From the IMG/VR virus record IMGVR_UViG_3300037391_000010, positions 1 through 64,000 of that record: a stretch of 64,000 nt of DNA. The stretch is one strand, 5' to 3'. Shown here in pieces: positions 9,034-17,512 of the stretch. Made by a program: the position numbers and the translations under genes. Numbering within the stretch: position 1 is the stretch's first letter; the number at the start of each line of letters is the position of its first letter. Below the pieces are notes generated by a model. The model saw nothing but the letters and a program-made list of their open reading frames with translations, had not been told where the DNA came from and searched no databases. The stretch is from a virus.

Positions 9034-10438
9034 GACCGACAGCTACAAGGTCGGTCACTGGCGGTTCATCGTTCCGGGCACCACGGAAATGCTCTACTAC
9101 TACGAGGCTCGCGGTGGTGAGTATCCGTACACCATCCTGTTTGACTTACAAGGTAACATCATTCGCAATATCGAGGGCAAGTTCGCCACAATCACCGACG
9201 TTGAGGAAGCGGAGTACAAGGCGGGCCTGCACTTCATGACCGACCGCGCCTTCAACAAGGCGGGCTGGCGTCACGTCATCAACAAGCATGGCGGTCACCT
9301 GCCGCTGAATATTCGAGCGGTCAAGGAAGGCATTCCCGTTCCCGTGAAGAACGTCATGTGGACGATGAAGAATACCTGCGATCAATGTGCGTGGGTTCCG
9401 GGCTGGACAGAAACCATGTTGGAGCACGTGTGGTATCCATCGGCTGTTGTCACACGGTCTCGCTACACCAAGCAGATCATTGCTGAGTTCCTTGCAGAGA
9501 CGGCTGACGATTTCTCCACGCTACCGTATCAGCTTCACGACTTTGGCGGTCGTGGCGTCACATGCGTCGAGCAGATGGGCATCGGTGCGGCGGCTCACCT
9601 TGTCAACTTCCAAGGCACGGACACGTTGCCCGGAATTGACTACATCGAGCAGTTCTACGGGTTCGGAGCCAACGGCGGCGAAATGCCGGGTTACTCCGTA
9701 TTCGCGTCTGAGCACTCCGTTACCACAATGTGGAAGCGTGAATACGAGGCAAAATTCGTAGAGAACGCACTGGACGAAGTGCCTACGGGCATTCTCTCCC
9801 TCGTCGGCGATTCCTACGACATCTTCAACTTCACCGCCAACATCATCGGTGGTACGTATCGTGAACGCATTCGTAACCGCAACGGCAAGGTTGTGGTTCG
9901 TCCTGACTCTGGCGACCCTGTGAAGATCACTCTTCGCGTGCTGGAGATTCTGGGTGAGAAGTTCGGCGTGCGGGAGACGAGCAACGGTTACAAGATGCTT
10001 CCCCCGTGCGTAGGCGTCCTCTGGGGTGATGGAATCGATCACTACGGTGTTCGCCTCATCCTCCAAGCGATGAAGGATGCCAAGTGGTCTGCGGCCAACA
10101 TCGTGTTCGGTATGGGCGGCGGGCTGCTCCAGAAGGTGAACCGCGACACGCAGAAGGTTGCGATCAAGTGCTGCAACGCGGTCATCAATGGTGAGCAGGT
10201 TGAAATCTGGAAAGACCCAATCACCGATCCCGGCAAGGCGTCGAAGCGCGGGCGTGTGGCTCTGTTGGAAGACTCCAATGGCAGCTATCGCACGATGAGT
10301 TCGATCAAGGGTGACGGCAGGATGGACTATCCATTCGACCTGCTGGAACCGACCTACTTGGACGGTGAGGTACTGCGGTTCCAGAAGTTCCCCGAAATTC
10401 GGCAGCTTGCAGAAGTGTCGTTAGAGGTCTACGCATAG
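8999..10438 (+). CDS. nadV: Nicotinamide phosphoribosyltransferase (NadV/Nampt)
   Basis: TDSYK..H, LHDFG.RG, HLVNF.GTDT, SEHS, DSYD, RPDSGDP, GDGI and FGMGGGLLQKVNRDT motifs. Confidence 0.93.
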   Translation: MPRPFKPRPLHKTDSYKVGHWRFIVPGTTEMLYYYEARGGEYPYTILFDLQGNIIRNIEGKFATITDVEEAEYKAGLHFMTDRAFNKAGWRHVINKHGGHLPLNIRAVKEGIPVPVKNVMWTMKNTCDQCAWVPGWTETMLEHVWYPSAVVTRSRYTKQIIAEFLAETADDFSTLPYQLHDFGGRGVTCVEQMGIGAAAHLVNFQGTDTLPGIDYIEQFYGFGANGGEMPGYSVFASEHSVTTMWKREYEAKFVENALDEVPTGILSLVGDSYDIFNFTANIIGGTYRERIRNRNGKVVVRPDSGDPVKITLRVLEILGEKFGVRETSNGYKMLPPCVGVLWGDGIDHYGVRLILQAMKDAKWSAANIVFGMGGGLLQKVNRDTQKVAIKCCNAVINGEQVEIWKDPITDPGKASKRGRVALLEDSNGSYRTMSSIKGDGRMDYPFDLLEPTYLDGEVLRFQKFPEIRQLAEVSLEVYA

Positions 10439-10458
10439 GCTAGAAAACAAAGGCGATA

Positions 10459-10497
10459 TTCCTAACTAAAAGGGCGATTCACTGGGTATAATAGCTC
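10459..10497 (+). promoter_or_regulatory. Early-type promoter TTCCTA-N22-TATAAT (leaderless)
   Basis: TTCCTA 10459-10464, GGG-TATAAT 10487-10492, ATG 5 nt downstream; same geometry at 54045, 55555 and 59229. Confidence 0.7.
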
Positions 10498-10911
10498 ATG
10501 ACTCATCAATTTATCGCCGCTCTGCTGTTGGGACTCGTTGCTCAGGCTCAGACGCCAGCCCCACGAACTCCCAATTTTGGGTCCGTCACTCGCGTCGAAG
10601 AGTACCGAACCGTAACCAATACAAATTACGGCTCTCGTAGCGACGGTATCCCCGCCTGCTACGATACGATCAACCCGACGCCAGTGAACACGCCGAACCC
10701 GCTACTGAATGGTAATGCTTCTGTGACGGTGGACTTTATCGTGGGGTGGGATGGTGTGGTGTACAGCCCGTTTGTGTTGGAAGGCTCTGTGAACGACCCC
10801 GATGTCCGAGCCGTACTTCAAGCCATGCGTGGGTGGAGGTTTCGTCCCGGTAAGTGCAACGGCGCACCCACAAGTGCGGAAGGTCGGGTAAAGTTTAGGA
10901 AGACGCCGTAA
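10498..10911 (+). CDS. Secreted TonB C-terminal domain protein
   Basis: Signal peptide; TPNP...V.VDFIVG.DG.V....V...AVLQAMRGWRFRPG.CNG.P...V.F TonB_C pattern. Confidence 0.75.
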   Translation: MTHQFIAALLLGLVAQAQTPAPRTPNFGSVTRVEEYRTVTNTNYGSRSDGIPACYDTINPTPVNTPNPLLNGNASVTVDFIVGWDGVVYSPFVLEGSVNDPDVRAVLQAMRGWRFRPGKCNGAPTSAEGRVKFRKTP

Positions 10912-11272
10912 ATTTTCTAGGCCCACTGGATTCGGCTACTCCATCTTTGTACACGATGGGCTTAACCCTCCCCCGATGTTCCATGATGTCCATGAGCCAT
11001 ACGGCTGCGGCGTAGTCGATCTTCAAGTCTTCCATCCATGTGTGGCAGTTCGCCAGCCCACTCGTCTTGCTGATGGCACATGCCTGCTCGTAAAGCCCCT
11101 CCATCTGCTCCCGTGAATAGCTACTCTCGGTTTGCTGCCCGTTTGTGTGGGTATGAACTTTGAACCGTTCGGGGAACACATTTCGCGGTATTGATACGCG
11201 AACCTCAACAGGTTCTTCCGTTTGGATGGGCCTCGGCTTGGGTGCCTCTATGGGGTGGGATTTTTTCTTCAT
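10895..11272 (-). CDS. Stand-alone FtsK-gamma-like winged-helix protein
   Basis: LYEQACAI...LKIDYAAAVWLMDIMEHRGRV...GPRK resembles FtsK gamma (LY.EA...LRIGYNRAARL.D.LE..G.V...PR); GGGG-TATTAT 7 nt upstream of ATG. Confidence 0.6.
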   Translation of the reverse strand: MKKKSHPIEAPKPRPIQTEEPVEVRVSIPRNVFPERFKVHTHTNGQQTESSYSREQMEGLYEQACAISKTSGLANCHTWMEDLKIDYAAAVWLMDIMEHRGRVKPIVYKDGVAESSGPRKFTASS

Positions 11273-11311
11273 CTACTACATAATACCCCGAAAATTGGGT
11301 ATCTATACTAC

Positions 11312-12073
11312 ATGGACGACATTTTCAAGGGCTCTCCTTTCTGGCAAGAAGTTCGAACTGGTCTCTTTGTGATCCGCGATTATGAGTGGCGTAAAGCACT
11401 CTTGACGCTCCCCGAAATGCTTGACACCGAGTTGGTGGTCAGAGGACTCCAAACCAACGAGCAAATCCTCGGCTCTGGGTTCACTGGACATGCGATCATC
11501 CGTGGCAATCCCGTCGATACAACCCCTGACGCCGCCATCCTCGCCGAAGCATTGCCCCCAAACGATCACTACAACCAAGAAGCGTTATTCCTTCAATGGA
11601 TGTACCACTACTACATCCTTGAGGGCGTGGGCGATGGCTTCCGCGAGACTCCGCTCGCACTGTGGTCGAAAGGGATGCTCCAGATGATCGAGCAAACCCT
11701 GCATTTCATGGTCTACATTTCGGCAGTGATGTGCCTGCTCGAAGATGGGGTAATCAAGGGAGCCCCGACCAAAGACGGCATGACCGATCTCCTGCCGATG
11801 GTGCAACACAAAATCCAGAAGATCACCGAGACCCTCTTGTCTAAGACCGCCGATTACGGCGAGAGCTTCCGCCGCCACGGGCTACAGGGCACGGTTCCCC
11901 GCATCTGGGACAAGATGGCTCGCTACGCCCAACTCAGTGCTCTGGGCAGGACGGCGAACTACGAACCGAAGGCGGATGCGATCAAGGACTTGCTGGGCTA
12001 CTGCGTAATCGCGTGGAGCCTCATTCTTGAAGTCTCCCTCCCCGAGGAGGTAACCCATGCCGTACATTCATGA
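11312..12073 (+). CDS. DUF1599 (nucleotide-modification-associated) domain protein
   Basis: C-terminal K..DYG.SF...G..G...RI.DK..R...D...DL.GYC pattern; start moved to ATG 11312 downstream of the divergent promoter. Confidence 0.65.
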   Translation: MDDIFKGSPFWQEVRTGLFVIRDYEWRKALLTLPEMLDTELVVRGLQTNEQILGSGFTGHAIIRGNPVDTTPDAAILAEALPPNDHYNQEALFLQWMYHYYILEGVGDGFRETPLALWSKGMLQMIEQTLHFMVYISAVMCLLEDGVIKGAPTKDGMTDLLPMVQHKIQKITETLLSKTADYGESFRRHGLQGTVPRIWDKMARYAQLSALGRTANYEPKADAIKDLLGYCVIAWSLILEVSLPEEVTHAVHS

Positions 12074-12401
12074 ATCTAGCCGTGAAGCCATTGACCCGTT
12101 TATCACCCCACTCGCCGAGCAGCTTCACAGTCCGGGTGACCTCAACTACGCCATTACCCGTCTCTTCATGCAGTGGCTTCTCGATAAGGGGATCGACTAC
12201 GGCAACATCAATTCCGTTGCGGGCGTCCTCCAGAAGGCAATGGCTGAGTTCGACGAACGTGTCACCCGCCCATACGAGGACTTGAAGCTCAAACAGAACG
12301 GCGACGTGCCTGAGTACACCGTGGCTGGCAAAGCCATTCGTGAATTAGGGAGAGCCTTGCCAGCAAACCATGCACCTGATACAATACAAGCACATGGTTA
12401 A
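12057..12401 (+). CDS. Conserved phage protein (DUF6899-like)
   Basis: MPYI...PGDLNYAITRL...Y...N...GVL....EF..RV..PYED.K..QNGDV; GAGGAGG RBS. Confidence 0.65.
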   Translation: MPYIHESSREAIDPFITPLAEQLHSPGDLNYAITRLFMQWLLDKGIDYGNINSVAGVLQKAMAEFDERVTRPYEDLKLKQNGDVPEYTVAGKAIRELGRALPANHAPDTIQAHG

Positions 12402-12404
12402 TCT

Positions 12405-12710
12405 ATGAGAAAACTCACAATCAAGCAAGACCAACTACTCCGCAAGGCGGCAGCCACGCTCCGCAAATCCAACGACCCCAATCTTAAGATCGTCGCCAAG
12501 CACCTGAAAGGTGGGCTTGAGGCCGTCAACTATATGTTCGAAGCGACTGACGCTGCTCGTAAGAAAGTTCCAGCGCAGTTTGAAATCGAGCCCGTTGGTC
12601 TCGTCAGCACCAACAAGAAGACGCAGGGTGATCTCTTGGCAGCAACGTGGTTGATCGGTCTCGTTTCGGAGCACGCCAAAAATGTCCTCGAAAATCAAAC
12701 TGCCCGCTGA
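12405..12710 (+). CDS. Hypothetical protein
   Basis: 101-aa ORF in operon. Confidence 0.6.
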   Translation: MRKLTIKQDQLLRKAAATLRKSNDPNLKIVAKHLKGGLEAVNYMFEATDAARKKVPAQFEIEPVGLVSTNKKTQGDLLAATWLIGLVSEHAKNVLENQTAR

Positions 12711-13065
12711 GGAATTCCTGACGCCCATCAATCGGTTCAACGAAGTCGTCGGCCCGTTATTCAACGACTTCAGGGACAGGGGCAGGTTTCCTCTAAAAGA
12801 TGAACACACGGATGCAGGTCTCGCCCGTTCGCTGGGTGTTTTTCTGGAAAGCTGCTTTGTCAAAGCGGTTGCAGGATTGGAAAAAATCAACCCCGTGCCC
12901 ATGACCAATGAGCAATGGGCTGTCGCTTCGGAAGAGGCAAAACACCCGCACCTGCACTGGCAAGCAAATTTGAAATACTTAAAGCAGAGGCGTAGATATT
13001 ACGCCGATTTGATGGGGTACAGGGGTCATGGCAAGCGAGAAGAAGAAACCGAACTGGAGGCATAA
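12682..13065 (+). CDS. Hypothetical protein
   Basis: 127-aa ORF; GGAG upstream. Confidence 0.55.
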   Translation: MSSKIKLPAEEFLTPINRFNEVVGPLFNDFRDRGRFPLKDEHTDAGLARSLGVFLESCFVKAVAGLEKINPVPMTNEQWAVASEEAKHPHLHWQANLKYLKQRRRYYADLMGYRGHGKREEETELEA

Positions 13066-13432
13066 GCGCAAGATGGGGCTGGTGCTCCACGGCGGCTACT
13101 TCTGCTACGGCTGGAAACATGGCTGGATTCCGTGGGCACCCGAGTGGTTCAAGCACGCTGTCGTCCACGTGTGGAATTCTATGTACTGCATGAGGCATGG
13201 TCACGACGACATGCTCGTGGATTTGTACAAGGCGTTCATCGCAGAAGGCGAGATTGATCCCGAACCTCCATCCTGCGGGCGCTGCCTCACTGAACTCCCC
13301 GTTGACGGAAAGTACGTCACTCCCGTTAAAGCTCCGTGGTGGACGAAGCCGCCGTCGAAGGAAGAGATTGCCGAGTGGAAAGAACTAGCTCTACAGCCCG
13401 ATCTCCCAGAAGACTCTCCTGATCCCAGTTAA
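13028..13432 (+). CDS. Hypothetical protein
   Basis: 134-aa ORF with C..GH and CxxC residues. Confidence 0.55.
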   Translation: MASEKKKPNWRHKRKMGLVLHGGYFCYGWKHGWIPWAPEWFKHAVVHVWNSMYCMRHGHDDMLVDLYKAFIAEGEIDPEPPSCGRCLTELPVDGKYVTPVKAPWWTKPPSKEEIAEWKELALQPDLPEDSPDPS

Positions 13433-13907
13433 TCTCTAACCAAAAATCCCCGACTAGATCGCGCACGGTTGTGTCGAGAGCCCGAGCGTCTGCCTCCGTC
13501 CGCTGCGTGCGGGATTCTGGATCGTAACTTCCGGGCCGTGGGTGAATGAAGACGTTAAAGGTGTCGAAATTTGGTTCGATATCGCGGATGGCCTTTTTGA
13601 GGTTGTCGTAATAGACGTGACCCTTGCAGTAAAGTAAGCACTGGATGATGGGAGAGTCGCTTACGACCGCCTCGAACCCGTGCCGCTGGAGCCGCAACAC
13701 CCGCTCGTAGGTCTGTCCGACCATGAGAAGTTGGTTGTCGAGGAGTTGTGGCGGCACCGTGTTGGGTACGCCGCCATAGATGAGATCGCGGGCGGGCTCG
13801 TACAGCAAATCCGCCCTAACCCCCGCTTTCTTAAGACGATACGCCAGATAATACCCAAACGTGGTCTTTCCTGCCCCCGGACCTCCGCATAAATTGAAAA
13901 GCACCAT
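13326..13907 (-). CDS. P-loop nucleotide kinase/ATPase (NadR/Ttd14-like AAA_28)
   Basis: NLCGGPGAGKTT Walker A, V.DSP and YDP..R..TE..A motifs; start moved to ATG 13907 with GAGGG RBS. Confidence 0.8.
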   Translation of the reverse strand: MVLFNLCGGPGAGKTTFGYYLAYRLKKAGVRADLLYEPARDLIYGGVPNTVPPQLLDNQLLMVGQTYERVLRLQRHGFEAVVSDSPIIQCLLYCKGHVYYDNLKKAIRDIEPNFDTFNVFIHPRPGSYDPESRTQRTEADARALDTTVRDLVGDFWLEINWDQESLLGDRAVELVLSTRQSLPSTAASSTTEL

Positions 13908-13960
13908 TTTGTCGATCCCTCTAATTCTCAATACTGGATTCCTTAGCAGGAGCACTCATT

Positions 13961-14914
13961 ATGGTCACATTTACGCAGGGGATGACTCTAGGGGCGTCCA
14001 ACCTGTCGATTTTAGTACGAGATGCGACAGGGGCTCTGGTAGACCCCACCCTCATCAACTACACAATTTTCCACGTCACCGATCAGCTACCGCTAAAGGT
14101 CACGCAGGCGTATGAGTACGATCTGCACCAACCCCAACACATGGCTGGCGGACCTCCGCTGCCTGCCGAGAACGTGCAGCTTGCTGGTTGCCCTCAGGCA
14201 GTCCCTACCCGCGTGTCGCAGGGAGCATATTATGTCCCGATCACCATCCCGACTACATGGAGGGGTGTGTACCGTCTAGTGTGGAACATCCAGATGTACC
14301 CTGATAGCCCGCTGGATACCGTGGTTGAGGTATTCGTTGTTCAGGGTATTGATCCGACTAATCCGGGATTCGAAGCCCCATCGGTCATCGTTGCTGTCCC
14401 AGAATCCATTGTCAACGTAGGGATGAGCACTCCCGCGATGTTTGCCAAGGCAATAATGTATGTTCGTGAACACTTGTCGGACACGAACCCCGACCGCAAC
14501 TACCATTTCCGTCCGCCAACCCCGAGCCGTGTGGTCGCAGGTTACAACACCCGCGTAGGCTACATCTGGCTGGACGCCTCGATCCTGATGCATCTGGATA
14601 CGGCGATCAGCATGTTGAACTGGTACAACCCGATGAATGTCTACAACTGGACGCTCGACACGATCCCGCTGGATTGGGGTCGCATCGCCGCCATCGGTGC
14701 CGCAGGATTCTGCCTCAAGATGGAGGGCAACCGCTGGGGAGCCGATCAATTCAACTACTCGTTGAATGGTGTGAGCTTGGACATCAACAAGGCCGACATG
14801 TACAACGGCTTGGGCGAATCGTACCTGACACAATTCAATACAATGGCACCGCTCGTAACAGCTAATCGTCCGATGAGCGTCGGCCTGCGCCAGCAACGCT
14901 GGCTACTGGGGTAA
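13961..14914 (+). CDS. Virion structural protein (probable head-tail connector/neck)
   Basis: First gene of the structural block; Ig-like N-terminus plus helical C-terminus (Y.LNG.SL.I.K...Y) typical of adaptors; position-based inference. Confidence 0.55.
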   Translation: MVTFTQGMTLGASNLSILVRDATGALVDPTLINYTIFHVTDQLPLKVTQAYEYDLHQPQHMAGGPPLPAENVQLAGCPQAVPTRVSQGAYYVPITIPTTWRGVYRLVWNIQMYPDSPLDTVVEVFVVQGIDPTNPGFEAPSVIVAVPESIVNVGMSTPAMFAKAIMYVREHLSDTNPDRNYHFRPPTPSRVVAGYNTRVGYIWLDASILMHLDTAISMLNWYNPMNVYNWTLDTIPLDWGRIAAIGAAGFCLKMEGNRWGADQFNYSLNGVSLDINKADMYNGLGESYLTQFNTMAPLVTANRPMSVGLRQQRWLLG

Positions 14915-14916
14915 TC

Positions 14917-15381
14917 ATGGGACCGAAAAGAATCGTCATCGTTCGTCACGCAGAAAAACCAGCGTCCACCGAGCCGCATCTGGCATTGCGCGGGAAGATG
15001 CGAGCAACTGGACTGTCGAAGTTGCTTCCGAAGATCGTTAAACCTGACTTCGTGTTCGCATCGACATCGACCAAGAACTCCGACCGTCCGTATGAGACGA
15101 TACGTCCGACTGCGGACAAGATGGGTTTGGATGTCAGCACAAAGTACGCCGACAAGGAATCGAAGAAGCTTGTGAAAGACCTGAAGAAGAAAAAGTTCAA
15201 GGGCAAGACGATCCTGATTTGCTGGCACCACGGGCAAATGCCAAAGCTGATTCATGAACTGGGGCAGGCATCGCCTTACGTCAAATGGCCTGAAGAGCTT
15301 TTTGACCGTATCATCAACATCGACGCCAAGGGGGTTACCGATCTCCCTCAGCGGCTTCTCTTCGGAGACACGAGCAAGTAA
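14917..15381 (+). CDS. Histidine phosphatase superfamily protein
   Basis: IVIVRHAEKP, RP.ETI.P and ILICWHH motifs. Confidence 0.85.
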   Translation: MGPKRIVIVRHAEKPASTEPHLALRGKMRATGLSKLLPKIVKPDFVFASTSTKNSDRPYETIRPTADKMGLDVSTKYADKESKKLVKDLKKKKFKGKTILICWHHGQMPKLIHELGQASPYVKWPEELFDRIINIDAKGVTDLPQRLLFGDTSK

Positions 15382-15554
15382 TGAAGAAGATTGCGATGTA
15401 CCAAGGGAACACGGAGTATCCCAGCCTGCACATCATGATTACGGACAACCCCCGTTTTCAGGATGGCAAACTGTGCGTTGAGGACACCGAAGGGGCTATC
15501 CTTAAAGTCACCTCATGGCTCCACAAAAATTTGGAAGGTCGGAATGATAACTAA
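15381..15554 (+). CDS. Small hypothetical protein (57 aa) beginning MKKIAM
   Basis: TAATG coupling with the upstream gene; absent from the ORF track; N-terminal K-x-A motif. Confidence 0.5.
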   Translation: MKKIAMYQGNTEYPSLHIMITDNPRFQDGKLCVEDTEGAILKVTSWLHKNLEGRNDN

Positions 15555-16920
15555 TTTGCTGGTGATAAATTCGAGCTACGTTGGCAGCCGCGATTTGTGG
15601 TGGGTGGATGACAGTCGCGAGGGGAAGAAAGGTTACAACATCTACCGCGCTTTCGATTATCCCACCAACTGGACGAAGCTTAACGCCTATCCTTGGCCCG
15701 GACATTTCTATCGGGATCAGTCGGCTCTCGAAGAGGTGCTTTACACGATTGAGAAAAAGGACTGGCTCGCACAGGGTACGCCCTACATCGGCACAAACAC
15801 GCCCAACCCCAATCAGGGTCAGGGCAGTTGGGTTTTCCGCATCCCAGATTTCCCTTACTCCGATGTGGTGCAGGGTCGCCCAGTGCTCGCCAACAGTCCC
15901 TATGGAGCCAATGGCTCCCTCATCATTACTGTCATCCTTGACGGGCAAGAATTCAAACCCGCTCGGGTGAGTGGGCTGGACAAAACCATTTGGTTACAGA
16001 TGGACAATACGTTGCCCCTCGGCGGTGCGGTAAGCGCATACCCCCTCAAATCGGATGGTGTGGTGTGGCAGGCCGACTACTCGGGCGTGCAGAAGTTTCA
16101 GGTAAAGTACAAGAAACTCCACAACTTTGTCGAGATTTACGAATCGATGGTTCGTACCTTTTATACGGTTGTACCCATTGGGGAAAATGGGGAACTCCAC
16201 AAGCCCGGTGAGAAAAATACGATGATCGTCAACACGATGGAGGTTGACAAGATCACATGGGAATATCAGGAGATGGTTCGCCGCAATCAGTGGATTTTTG
16301 AAGAGGTGGGAGAGCCCGCCTACCTGATGTTCAAGAAAACTCGTGGGAAACTCTGCGGTTGCTCCGAGACTGGGCTGGGTCAAGCCCGTAGCGCGTGCCC
16401 CGTTTGTTTTGGTGTGGGCATCGTCGGCGGCTATTACGGCCCATACGACTTCATCTACATCCCACCCGACACTGCTCTGACCGTCGAACTCAACGAGGGC
16501 GGCAGGAAGGTGACCCGAGATTCACGCAGCTACCTCGGCCCCACCCCCATCGTTCAGGCTGGCGATTTGATCGTCCGTCGCAACGCCGAGCGGCTGGTCA
16601 TCAATAATGTGCTTTCCAAGAACCCGAGGGGAATCCTCCTTCAGCAAGAGTACATGGCATCTCTTCTGGATGAGGGGGATACGCGGTATCTGATCCCGAT
16701 CAACACTGGACTGCCAACAATCTACAATCCCGTCGTTCGTCCCGATCCGAATGATGGCGAAGCAGGCCCGTTCGTCGGGAACAAGGGGCCGTCTGGCGGG
16801 CCGAATCCTACTGGCAGCGGCGAGCCGATCTTTGATCCGCGCACGGTTCCCGGTAAGGATTGGGAGAACCCGCACATCCAGATTGGCCGCACTCCGACGT
16901 TTGGGAAAATCCAAACTTAA
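15544..16920 (+). CDS. Virion neck/head-closure-like protein with Zn finger
   Basis: GEP..L..K...G..C.C...CP.CFG.G..GGY..P and GD.IV....R..I motifs; start moved to ATG 15544. Confidence 0.55.
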   Translation: MITNLLVINSSYVGSRDLWWVDDSREGKKGYNIYRAFDYPTNWTKLNAYPWPGHFYRDQSALEEVLYTIEKKDWLAQGTPYIGTNTPNPNQGQGSWVFRIPDFPYSDVVQGRPVLANSPYGANGSLIITVILDGQEFKPARVSGLDKTIWLQMDNTLPLGGAVSAYPLKSDGVVWQADYSGVQKFQVKYKKLHNFVEIYESMVRTFYTVVPIGENGELHKPGEKNTMIVNTMEVDKITWEYQEMVRRNQWIFEEVGEPAYLMFKKTRGKLCGCSETGLGQARSACPVCFGVGIVGGYYGPYDFIYIPPDTALTVELNEGGRKVTRDSRSYLGPTPIVQAGDLIVRRNAERLVINNVLSKNPRGILLQQEYMASLLDEGDTRYLIPINTGLPTIYNPVVRPDPNDGEAGPFVGNKGPSGGPNPTGSGEPIFDPRTVPGKDWENPHIQIGRTPTFGKIQT

Positions 16921-16923
16921 CGG

Positions 16924-16945
16924 ACTTTCGGAGACCTATTTAGAG
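16924..16945 (+). promoter_or_regulatory. Putative late promoter ACT(A/T)-N15-G(A/G) (representative copy)
   Basis: ACTTTCGGAGACCTATTTAGAG; same spacing at 17481, 19313, 19728, 27969, 29448, 38328, 40390, 46330 and 52660, with near matches at 36093, 63011, 32147(-) and 62919(-). Confidence 0.6.
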
Positions 16946-16953
16946 GGCATACC

Positions 16954-17475
16954 ATGGACGCAAACGCACTAGCAAGCGCGGTCGCAAAGACTGCTCGAAT
17001 CCTGACCGAAGAAGACCTACCGAACGGGAACCCCGAACTCCAGAAGATGGTCGGTGATCCTGACGACTTCCGCACCTCTACTTTCGCTCAGTTTGCTCCA
17101 AACCCGGGCAACTTGCTCATGCCCAATCCTCTGTCACCAATCGAAGGCGATGAAGTTTTCTTTGCCTACATGATGCCCGGTGCGATCTTCCAAGCACACG
17201 ACGGCAGCCAGTGGTGGATTTTGGGTTACGACTATCGCGGTCAAGTTGAGATCGAGAACCGCTGGTATCCACGTATTCACGCTCAGGTGAGCGTTTACGA
17301 CGTTCGCCGTTCCATCGATCAGTGGATTGAGCCTATCCAGCAGACGGTTCCACCGCCTCCTCCGGGCGTCAATTACGACGCACAGCCCGTCACCATCGTC
17401 GATCACGAAGACTTCGGCGCTGTGGACGACCTGTCTACAGGCCATCCAAATCGTGGTGGTTCGGGCGGTTGGTAA
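16954..17475 (+). CDS. Hypothetical virion-associated protein
   Basis: 173-aa ORF with the late motif upstream; KTAR near the N-terminus. Confidence 0.6.
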   Translation: MDANALASAVAKTARILTEEDLPNGNPELQKMVGDPDDFRTSTFAQFAPNPGNLLMPNPLSPIEGDEVFFAYMMPGAIFQAHDGSQWWILGYDYRGQVEIENRWYPRIHAQVSVYDVRRSIDQWIEPIQQTVPPPPPGVNYDAQPVTIVDHEDFGAVDDLSTGHPNRGGSGGW

Positions 17476-17512
17476 AACGGACTTTCTGTTGCAATAACAG
17501 AGGGAATTAACC

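Noticed and set aside
8092-10438. NARP1 (Adps + Namat) pathway
   Set aside because: The partner gene is an HxGH adenylyltransferase-Nudix fusion, not a PRPP-synthetase homologue
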